Source: Tubulanus polymorphus | Taxonomy: Eukaryota > Animalia > Nemertea | Direction of reading: 5' to 3' | DNA length: 64,000 nucleotides | Assembly (NCBI RefSeq): GCF_964204645.1 | Contig: NC_134026.1 | Location: forward strand, 29,050,150 to 29,114,149 | Shown here: piece after piece, positions 54,293-64,000 of the stretch | Layout: every line of letters begins with the position of its first letter | Position numbering within the stretch: the first letter of the stretch is position 1 | Made by a program: the position numbers and the translations under genes | The notes under the pieces: model-generated | Told to the model about the DNA's origin: nothing | What the model saw: only the letters and a program-made list of their open reading frames with translations | Databases searched by the model: none

Positions 54293-55409
54293 TTCATTTC
54301 ATGATTATCATTTGTCTAAACATCTTGTAAATAAATATATCTCCTATAATACAATATTCACAATGAAATAGTTGTCATTTGGAATGATGGAAACACAATA
54401 TCAACGCACATGTACAACCACAAGAATTTTTACATTTATTGTATTTTATTTGATATCAGGTAACAGGCTTATCATAGAAATAAATACATGGAAATGGCCA
54501 TCATAAAATATGGACATGAATATATTTTATTAGAAAATTGCAGAACTACAGTGAACTCCTAACTGGAAGTAATTGAAGCTTAAACCGGTGACTTTTGTTC
54601 CGGAGTAAGGTTATAGTTAGACAATGGATGCGATTGTTCATAGAACGTGATCAACTTAAAGACATTCGATTTAAGAGTAGTATACTAGTAATGAGATTAT
54701 TAACACATGATCAACTGATGAAATATAAGATATCCAGTGAGTGAGAGATCTAAATCTTCTTGTCCACAAGAAGAATCGAAAGTATGAATAATTATAACTA
54801 TCATTGAAATGGTGACCATATAATTTTATCTACTCAATGCACCTTCTTACAAAGGCAAGAAGGACCGAAATAAAGAGATTTTAAACCTATTACATACTCA
54901 TACCCGGTACATATCTTTCGTACAATGATAAATCGATCATTATTAAAATTTCTATTCATACAATCTGAACGATCATTCTGATAAAACCAAACTTAAAGTT
55001 TGCTGCATGTGCCAAGAAATTCAACCGAACACGTGGGAGATAGTTCAAGTCTAATATGTTTATACATATAAATCCATTATCACAAAATGCAACATTATAC
55101 ACTAGGTTGAGACCCCTACTAAAAATAACAAACATTTATTAGGAAAAATCAGCAAGTTCTGTTAATTTTTCTTCTGAAGTATTAAAAAATTACATGATAT
55201 CTCACATTAAGCTACCACTAACTTCTCCAATTTCATCTTGCATGATGAAATGAGTAGAAAAATTACAATATTACGTGTAATATGAACAAAAATTGTAATG
55301 TATTTGTATGTGTAGTATTCTATTACTACATTATAAGGCACAAATGGTGTAACAAAACATATATGATATGTTATTGCGTGCTAAATTTGAAGGCATTGAT
55401 TGTTTGTCT

Positions 55410-58400
55410 TCATAATCTCCTCATAGAGAGCAGTGAACTTGGTTTTTTATCACTAGATGATTTTGTGGTCTTCTTGCTGTGATTGTCTTTACTAAAACAT
55501 TTCCACAGTCGCAGAGTTTCATCAGCCGCAGCTGATAACACCATACTGCCATCGGGTGACATCGCTAGATGTAACACACGCGACGTGTGACCTGAAACAT
55601 ACAGATGATTAAAGCATTAGTGACTAAATGAAATGCACATAAAGCAGTGATATGTCAGTCATTACCGCTTAACTTACCAGTTAATTCTGTGACCTTCTGA
55701 AGGGATGGATATTTCCAGATGATTAGTTGATTATTTGCAAATCCATGACTAGAAACGAGTTCTCGGTGTTCCTTCGACCAAAGAATAGAACAAACCTAGA
55801 AAAACACAAGTATAAAGAAATGAATATGGCATCCATAAATCGGTGTTCTGTCAGATCGGGAAACCAAAATTCCCTGAAAATTCTCAGTGAGTTTCTTTTA
55901 TGCCACTCATCATCCCCAACTTTCTAATTCCCTGACTTTCAAGAAGTCAGAATTCCAGAATTCCCTGATTTGTAAGCTTACTACAGACGCAGTTAATGAT
56001 CGAGCAAACAAACCTGAGATTGTGTATCGACATTCTGTATATTTGTACCAGTATTACAATTCCAGAAACGAATGTGACGATCTGCTGTACCACCTCCACT
56101 CGCTAGTAAACTAGGCTGCCACGGACACCAAGCTAACGCCTGCAAAATATACACATATATATGAATGATTTAAACGAGACTGCCATCATCATATCCACTA
56201 GTATCTAGAGGTATCATAAAGCAATCAGCTGGACTGATGATATCTCTTTGGGATGTCGTCCTCACACAATGTGTAATTGTTTAACAACTAGTAAACTACC
56301 AGTAAAACAATACTGTTGGTACTGTGCTGAAAGCAAGAGACCTCTCGCTACTGACAGCAATACTTGGAATTTGGATGAATTTAAGGAAAAATCTAAGCAT
56401 TTTGATGTAATTTCAGGTTCAGAAAATATTACTCTAATCAAGAGATCAAGAGAAATATAGAAGAAGCATGAACTAATGAAGTACCTTGACTGCAGCGAGG
56501 TGATCTGTAAACACGTGTTGAGGTTGATTTTGTCCCATCGTCCAGATATTGAGTATATTATCGTTACCACCTGACGCGAGGTAACGTCCATCAGGAGACC
56601 ATCTCAAACCACATACTTCCTGAGTATGACTAGACATCGTACTGATGTGATGTTGAGCAACTCTTACGTCGTGATTATGAATATTACCACTCCGGGAACC
56701 GCTTAAAAAAAAAAACTACAATCTTAGTACGTTCAACATTCGAACTATCGGCGATGAATAATCATAAATACACTCGATAACTAACCTACTGAGAATATGA
56801 GCATTCCACGATAAAGAACCAACACGTCCTGCATGTCCCCCCATTGTTCTTAACTTCTTTGTATTGGCGACATCCCAAATCTGTAAAAACAATTCAACTG
56901 CGGTTAAACGAATAGAAGTTTGAAAGAAGTTTCAGACATTTTGCTCAAATTTCAAGTACATTTATAAGCATTTTCCATTTAGGAGTTTTTAAGGAATTGA
57001 GAAGTGGCAAGGACACCATGAAGATTATCTATTAGATTGATGAGACGGCTATCGGCTATGAAACAGCATTCCTCATTTTTACCTGGACATCATTGTTACT
57101 AGTTCCAACTGCTAAGAAATTTCCTTCTCGAATCCAACTAAGCGATGACACGTAATCTTCATTGTTATCCATAGACATGAGTTGAGTTATATCTCCACAT
57201 CCAGCGTTCCATAGGTAAACGCAATTACCTAGAGCGACTGCTAAGTGATTATTTACTGACCAGTCCAACAAATTCAAATCTATTTAAAAGAATCAATAGA
57301 AAATTAAAATCTTATCAAACTTTTTCTGCGAGGCTTTTAAGAAAAATACTGGTATTTTCTGTGTATAAGACTAGAAAAATCATTTACATTAAGGCAATAA
57401 CTTAAAATAACTTACAATAATCATCAAGTATATCAGGAGCATCAAGTATTCGTTCGGGAACCTGTGGTATGTGACGTGTAGATTTTTTAACTGTTGATTG
57501 AGGGGTTTTAGTTTGAGACGTATATAAAACTTTCATATTATTAGAACAACCTGAAAAACAATAATTATACTTCAAAACACGACTGACGATATATAATGAA
57601 AATGATTTCGTCAAAGTCGAATTTAAGCCAAAAATAGCGATGAGGTGTTGTGAAATTTAGATCCAACCATTCTCGATGTATGGAATTTATTGGAGTCAGG
57701 AAAAGCTGAGCAGCCTATTGTCCGTTATTTAATGCTCTGGGGAGGAACTTTCAAAACATTTTCCAATTATCTCTAGCACTTTAGGTTAGTCAGCACTGCT
57801 AAGAGTTTTACAAGCTTTTGAGCGAGCAACCGGCCCCAGATTTCTTACCTTCAGGAGGTTGCGGAGCTTTACTCTTGTACGATAAAATCTTATTGTTCAT
57901 TGAATCGCCGTTGAGATTATTAGACATAATTCGTTGATACATCTGTTTCGATGGACTACTCGCTTCAGGGTCGACGTTCTGTTCATTTTCCTGCTGTACG
58001 AGTTTATAATGAGCGACGTCGTAAAGTGAAGATCTACGACTCGGTATAAATCTGTCGCCGCTGTTTCCCGGAGTTTTATTCGGCGTTTTGTTTCCTTTCG
58101 ACGGTGTTTTTGAGTTTCCTAAACATAAAAACGAAGAAGCATCGATGAGTATTAGAAGCTGGTTATTACCGGTTTCTGATCCAGTTTTAGTTAAGAATTC
58201 TTTCAATGACTTAATCCCGGAGAGCCATATCCAGATATTCCCCGATTCCGGATCTGTAAGAACCCTGTTAAACACTGTCAAGTGTAAATCCAACACTAGC
58301 ACGATTATCTTGCAAACAAACCTTGTTTTCTCGGTGTTTTTGATCCGCCTGGAGTTTTATTCACGCTCATGTTATTCGACTTGACGGGACTTCTCAAGTT

Positions 58401-58556
58401 GTATCCAACGCTCGTATTATTCGCCGACATATTTAACGACGTATTAGTGGAACTTTCGTGTAGTTTTCGTTGCCATCTCATCATCGGACCTCGCGTCAAT
58501 GGAGTGTCCAATTTCAAAAGGCTGCTCATGTCATTTTCGAAGTTAAAATGTGCCAT
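55410..58556 (-). CDS. CDC20: Cell division cycle protein 20 (fizzy), APC/C activator
   Basis: [23 protein letters not shown]-box [35 protein letters not shown]40 repeats and [15 protein letters not shown]...[12 protein letters not shown]. Confidence 0.96.
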
Positions 58557-59324
58557 CTTTAATCTCGCCGATAAGCTTAATTTAGAAGAACGATGGCTTT
58601 GAGTATTGGCTACAGTTTTCCTATGAATGAGAATCAATGTAAAATAATTTTTTCAAATGAGTGATACAAATTTTAGTAAAAACAGAGATTGAAACAACAT
58701 ATACATCTCACACATACATGGTGCTAGCAGAGATTGACACTAATAATATGAATCTAGGCTACTACTGAATTTTACTCTGTGTTGACAGCAATGTTTATAA
58801 GGTGAACAATGATCTGATCAGTCATCACTTCGACTGATTTGTGCTCACAAACAATGTAATTAAAATGACACCGATTAATTTTCTATAGCAACTAATCACA
58901 CAACTAATTTCTGGTGGCGGAGCACACTACTTAACACTTTGTCTATAATAGTATAAGGCCTATCAGGACTTGCTTGATTTAGTCGGACTATCAATAAATT
59001 ACCAATTTAACAATTTTGATTACCATTGCTCTAGACCCCAAATATTGGCCTGGCAACGTAACGAACTTGAACTTGAACAGTTCCATTCTTAAGATATCGG
59101 TTTGTAAGAAATTTGTTTTGAAAGTACAAAGAAAAGGGGCCATTTATATAGGCATCATAGGACTAGGGACATTTCTGCCCTAAATATCATGAATTTAAGT
59201 AATTGCAAGATAATCGATTCATACAGAAGAATAAACAACTATTGTATAAACCATTTTTACCTTTTTGTATAATTTGTGATCTGTGAAATTCAGGATGTAA
59301 GACGATTTTTCCGTCGTCTTAAAA

Positions 59325-59495
59325 CAATCAACAGTTTAAAATTCGCGGATCCGGAAGATTGTCGATTGGGCTCGAGTCCCGAAGCTGTCAGGTTCAAATG
59401 CTATCGGGTTCGAATCCCGCGTAGCGCAGGGATCTGCGACGTGTCAATCGTGTTTCAATCAGTTTCGATTCCCTAAAATCGCATCCAAGATGGCC
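59325..59495. promoter_or_regulatory. Bidirectional CDC20/GPX7 promoter with CDE-CHR-like and CCAAT elements
   Basis: Minus strand carries CCGCG-AAT-TTTAAA (59348-59335) and TTTGAA (59398-59393), with CCAAT at about 59365. The CDC20 5' UTR exon donor is near 59260. The region is CpG-rich. Confidence 0.5.
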
Positions 59496-60494
59496 GCGCC
59501 CATGGAACATATCGGCGCTTCAAAATCTATGATGTACTTCCTTGTTTTTAGCGTTATTTTATCAATATTTGATGTGACAGTTGTTTTTGGAAACGGTGAT
59601 GAACGACTGAGGCCTGACGTCGATCCTACATCGAACCATGTAAATATTTATTCGTTTGAAGTGAGTGATATCGATGGAAATTTCATTTCGTTAGATCGTT
59701 TCAGAGGAAAGGTAAGTTGTTATTTGCTGATTGAAATGATAGATTTAAAGTTTAACTAAGTTGGGCACCGGCCCTAAGGTGAAAATTGTTGATCTAATTT
59801 TTGATAGCTCTTGGTGTATTTTAATTGTATCTGCTAGCTCTCACTTTATTTATTAAAGATTCTGATATCTTCATCATTGTTATGTTATATGTATTCCAGG
59901 TTTTGTTAATGGTTAATGTTGCGAGTGAATGCGGTTTCACTGATGGACATTATAAGGCGTTAGTTGATTTACAAAGAACTCTTGGAAAAACAGGGTCTTT
60001 TTCAGTTTTAGGGTTTCCTTGTAATCAATTTGGCGCTCAAGAACCAGGAGTAAGTACTTAGTCAAAGACATTATGATAGTTTATAATGAAGATAACATTT
60101 TAATTTTCTGTGTTGCTATTTTGTAGACAAATGAACAAATTAAAAAATTCGCTCAAATCAATTATAAGGTTAATTTCCCAATGTTTGCCAAGATTAACGT
60201 CGTAGATGGTATTACTGTAGCACCATTGTGGAAATATCTAGCTGGTTAGTCATCTTTCATCTCTTATTGGTATTCAATTCTTTCATCCACCTTTGTCCTT
60301 ATAAATTTTACTATCATTTTTCAGAAAAATCTGGAAGTGCTCCTCAGTGGAACTTTTGGAAATATCTGGTGAGTTCGGATGGTGAAGTGTTGCAAGCGTG
60401 GGGTCCTTGGAATGATTGGAATACAGAAATCATTCCCGTTATCAAAGCAGAAATTGAAAAAGACCATGTGAAACATAATCCGGATGAACTTTAG
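59490..60494 (+). CDS. GPX7: Cys-type ER glutathione peroxidase 7/8
   Basis: Signal/TM segment, VNVASECGFT (Cys rather than Sec), LGFPCNQFGAQEP, PQWNFWKYLV and a C-terminal PDEL ER-retention-like signal. Exons 59490-59711, 59900-60049, 60127-60244, 60325-60494. Confidence 0.92.
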
Positions 60495-60585
60495 ATGAAA
60501 AAAAATATTCTCAGGTTTGCTGCTCCATGATATTAGTCTTTCTAGAAGGGAAATTAAATAAGCTACCTGAATGTTCAGCTATGAC

Positions 60586-60822
60586 ACAGGGTCCCTACGA
60601 TTCCTTAAAAACTCCTTCTAAACAGAAATTGCAGAATTAATAGAAAGAATTAAACAGAAAAAAACCACCGAATTAATGGTTTACCCGAGATGAACAATAC
60701 AGAATTTACAGGAGTCTACAGTAATTGGGATATGAAAGTGATGTGGACAATTCCTCAAAATTTGAAACTTTCTCCTTGAAAACTCTTTATATTAGAGAAT
60801 GACTGATCTGTAGGGACCCTGT
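60586..60822. mobile_element. Non-autonomous element with 13-bp TIR (CAGGG-type, hAT-like)
   Basis: ACAGGGTCCCTAC ... GTAGGGACCCTGT; no clear target-site duplication. Confidence 0.55.
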
Positions 60823-61094
60823 ATAAACTTAAGTTGTAAAAGGTGCGTTTGTGGTAAAACTGCTGTCATTTCTTCCACTGCCATGATAAACAAAATAGCA
60901 ATTATACATATTTTTTGTACTGGTAACATATCTTTTATGAGTTCAAAGCTAAGTTATCTACAAATCGATATGTACTTAAATGAATAGTTTGGTAATCAAG
61001 TTCTATGATAAACAACTGTGCAATACAGCTTTCCGTTTAAAAATATATCTCATTTATCATTGATAAGAAAAGAGTTCTTCAAATTCCTTCGATA

Positions 61095-61200
61095 TTCTGA
61101 CTAACACTTTTACGTGGCCACAGTTCCAGTGCACCAGTCCTATACGGTTTCCCAGTGCCCTTTCATAATAGTGACATGGGAGTAGAAGTGTACATCAGAA
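61095..61200 (-). promoter_or_regulatory. SECIS element 2 of SELENOP (type II-like)
   Basis: Minus strand: GTCAC-TATT-ATGAA-AGGGCACTGGG-AAA-CC GTATA GG-ACTGGTGCACT-GGAA-CT-GTGGC. It shows the AUGA/GA core, an approximately 11-bp helix II, apical AAA with a mini-stem, and a long outer stem. Confidence 0.85.
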
Positions 61201-61533
61201 AATTCTCGACCATTATAGCAATTGATTTTAATGTTACAAAATAAGAAATTTTTAGAAAAAAGATTTATCAATTATTGAACACCACCTTAAAATACCTCTC
61301 ACAAATGTTCTATGATAGTTTGAATCTGCAAATTATTTAAAGATGTTATATATATTTACAAACTTGGCACAGTAGTGGTGTCCGTTAACGTGGAGAGTTT
61401 ATCTCGTGTGGTGGTAAAGATGTTCGAAAAAAGGATTCACATTAGTTTTCTATCTACAGTAATATTTACAAAAAAATGATCACAAATGTGTTGAATTCTG
61501 TTGAATACAAGGCTAGTTCCTCATTCATGTTAA

Positions 61534-61614
61534 TGGCTTGTTTCATTAATAGCATCCGAAAGACAAAGACCTGAGGTTTTATTCATCTCACTTCATTGAT
61601 TAACAAACAAGCCA
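61534..61614 (-). promoter_or_regulatory. SECIS element 1 of SELENOP (type II-like)
   Basis: Minus strand: TGGCTTGTTTGTTAAT-CA-ATGAA-GTGAGATGAAT-AAA-ACC TCA GGT-CTTTGTCTTTC-GGAT-GCT-ATTAATGAAACAAGCCA. It begins about 60 nt after the TAA stop. Confidence 0.85.
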
Positions 61615-61671
61615 CAAAATGAAAGTATTTGCTGATCATTCTATGGCATGCCTAGTTGTAAGAGATTGACT

Positions 61672-63962
61672 TTAATCCTCGCCTGGCTTTTTTAAGAGGG
61701 GGAATTGTCAGTATCATCTCTGTAGGGAATTTGACTGTCACTGTCAGCTTTTTAGCGAGCCTCCAGACTGTCACTGTCAGCTTTGTGGGGAACTTCCAGA
61801 CTGTCACTGTCAGCTCTGTAGGGAACCTCCAGACTGTCATTGTCAGCTTTGTGGGGAACCTCCAGACTGTCACTGTCAGCTTTTTAGGGAACCTCCAGAC
61901 TGTCACTGTCAGCTCTGTAGGGAGCCTCCAGACTGTCATTGTCAGCTTTGTGGGGAACCTCCAGACTGTCACTGTCAGCTTTGTAGGGAACCTCCAGACT
62001 GTCACTGTCAGCTTTGTAGGGAACCTCCAGACTGTCATTGTCAGCTTTGTGGGGAACCTCCAGACTGTCACTGTCAGCTCTGTAGGGAACCTCCAGACTG
62101 TCACTGTCAGCTCTGAAGGGAACCACCAGACTGTCATTGTCAGCTTTGTGGGGAACCTCCAGACTGTCACTGTCAGCTCTGAAGGGAACCTCCAGACTGT
62201 CACTGTCAGCTCTGAAGGGAACCACCAGACTGTCATTGTCAGCTTTGTGGGGAACCTCCAGACTGTCACTGTCAGCTCTGAAGGGAACCTCCAGACTGTC
62301 ACTGTCAGCTCTGAAGGGAACCACCAGACTGTCATTGTCAGCTTTGTGGGGAACCTCCAGACTGTCACTGTCAGCTTTGTAGGGAACCTCCAGACTGTCA
62401 CTGTCAGCTCTGTAGGGAACCTCCAGACTGTCACTGTCAGCTCTGAAGGGAACCACCAGACTGTCATTGTCAGCTTTGTGGGGAACCTCCAGACTGTCAC
62501 TGTCAGCTCTGTAGGGAACCTCCAGACTGTCACTGTCAGCTCTGAAGGGAACCACCAGACTGTCATTGTCAGCTTTGTGGGGAACCTCCAGACTGTCACT
62601 GTCAGCTCTGTAGGGAACCTCCAGACTGTCACTGTCAGCTCTGAAGGGAACCACCAGACTGTCATTGTCAGCTTTGTGGGGAACCTCCAGACTGTCACTG
62701 TCAGCTTTGTATGGAACCTCCAGACTGTCACTGTCAGCTCTGTAGGGAGCCTCCAGACTGTCATTGTCAGCTTTGTGGGGAACCTCCAGACTGTCACTGT
62801 CAGCTTTGTAGGGAACCTCCAGACTGTCACTGTCAGCTTTGTAGGGAACCTCCAGACTGTCACTGTCAGCGCTGAAGGGAACCTCCAGACTGTCACTGTC
62901 AGCTCTGTAGGGAACCACCAGACTGTCATTTTCAGCTCTCTTCTGACTGTCATCCACTCTCTATTGAAAGTTGATGTCCATTTTCCAGATGTTTACAATG
63001 TCAGGAATCAGTGATATTGGGTTTGACATTATTACAGACGCAAGAATGGGTCGGTGTACGTGGTACCAAACCTTGACATGTACAAGAGTTTTCTAGCTGA
63101 GAAACTGATAATTTACACTTACAATGCTGTCCAGTATTATTGCGAATGCTATGACAGCTACAGTAATTTGAAGTATATGACAGTTTAGGGCAAAAGCACT
63201 CTCTTACTGAAAGACTGTGTTTATGGTGACACCTACATTTACTGACTAATGATACCATATTAGTAACTGTGTGTGCTAGGTATAAATGTGGACAATGACA
63301 TCGATATGGTTTCCTTAATGGCACGATCGGAGTACATGAACATTTATCTAATATCTCTTGGTTTGGGTTGTGACATCTACATGTTCGTTGTCATTTCTGC
63401 GGTACTACCTGAAGATGATGGCGATGGGCCCTTTTAGATCTTCTGCGTTGACTTGAGCCGCGCTACAAATACATAACAGATTTTTTCTCCTGAAGAACAT
63501 ACCGGATAGAACAAGCAAAATCAAAATCAAATTCTAAAATCTACCTCACTACAACGTATCCCACACAGGTTTCTGTGACGGTATGTGTATCTGATAGCAT
63601 TCCGTACATAGTTTAAATGTAACCAACTCCCTGGATATCGTATGTGATAAGTAAGGCGACCACATCTGAAAACCAAGCACAGATTTTCAATCTCTGATAT
63701 GATTATGAGTTAGTGTTTATTTGTTGTTTTTATGAGTGGCTGTTGTATAGATACTTACCGATCATAAATCAAGAAGTCGTCCTTTTGTCCACCAATTATG
63801 TTCCAAATGTTATTTTCAGGTGTGGCCTGGTATGTAGGCATACGTGTCCTTTTTTGTAACCGTCCAAACTGTTGGCGAGCATGATTTAGTGGGGAATTGA
63901 TGATGATAAATTTGATATCATTGGCTCCTCGAGATACATAGAATCTTCTCAAGTGTTCGAAC
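61672..63962 (-). CDS. SELENOP: Selenoprotein P, 3' part; the N-terminal UxxC exon(s) are expected beyond the window. Last exon has 79 in-frame UGA codons
   Basis: Exons 63962-63759, 63665-63545 and 63462-61672. SelP_N motif IWNIIGGQKDDFLIYDRCGRLTYHI...YVRNAIRYTY...CGIRC, then a CxC-rich region and UxU repeats up to TAA at 61674-61672. Two SECIS elements lie downstream. Confidence 0.93.
61737..62936 (-). repeat. 33-bp coding tandem repeat (36 full units plus a partial unit) encoding UQUQSGGS(L/P)QS
   Basis: Minus-strand unit: AGC TGA CAG TGA CAG TCT GGA GGT TCC CTA CAG. The unit count was taken from the 11-aa periodicity of the shadow ORF at 61731-63014. Confidence 0.95.
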
Positions 63963-64000
63963 CTGAATAAAGGAATGCGCGATGTTAGGTCGAAATCAAT

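Noticed and set aside
57560-59260. miR-34/449-type microRNA in CDC20 introns (as in vertebrate CDC20B)
   Set aside because: I found no TGGCAGTG seed-containing hairpin on the CDC20 strand by eye.
59350-59430. tRNA (possibly tRNA-Sec) suggested by GGGTTCGAATCCC and TTCAAA
   Set aside because: No acceptor, D or anticodon stems can be formed. It lies in the CDC20/GPX7 promoter.
59900-59945. GPX as a selenoprotein using the nearby SECIS elements
   Set aside because: The active-site codon is TGC (Cys), and the SECIS elements are on the opposite strand and belong to SELENOP.
61737-62936. CRISPR array
   Set aside because: Head-to-tail tandem units with no unique spacers, in a eukaryotic context with no cas genes.
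61652-63014. Long ORFs of 433, 427 and 357 aa (TVTVWRFPTKL, VTVSFVGNLQT and ADSDSLEVPYK repeats) as real proteins
   Set aside because: They are shadow frames of a 33-bp repeat. Only the TGA-containing minus frame joins the SelP_N exons, shows synonymous-biased variation and is followed by SECIS elements.
61672-63962. SELENOP as a pseudogene because of many stop codons
   Set aside because: All internal stops are TGA, in CxC-like positions, with intact splice sites and SECIS elements.

Overview
AT-rich, intron-rich animal genomic DNA. It is an invertebrate, probably a lophotrochozoan; the taxon is inferred, not shown. Gene order: BIN3 (3' part, +), ARL6IP4 (+), UPB1 (+), an acidic protein with a C-terminal RAD51AP1/2-type motif (-), CYRI/FAM49 (+), a gene-free interval of about 15 kb, MYC (+), TRIT1 (+), FBXO32/25 (-), TRAPPC5 (+), CDC20 (-), GPX7/8 (+) and the 3' part of selenoprotein P (-). 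The standout is the SELENOP last exon (63462-61672). It stays free of TAA/TAG for 596 codons but holds 79 in-frame TGA codons by manual count. Of these, 72 lie in a 36 x 33-bp tandem repeat encoding U-Q-U-Q-S-G-G-S-L/P-Q-S, and two SECIS-like hairpins follow in the 3' UTR. The three long repeat ORFs in the supplied track are shadow frames of this selenocysteine array. Other points: ancient Myc-locus microsynteny, two U12-type introns, a CDC20 without the canonical IR tail, a candidate N-terminally extended CYRI isoform, and many MITE/SINE remnants. Exon boundaries were read by eye and may be off by a few bases.
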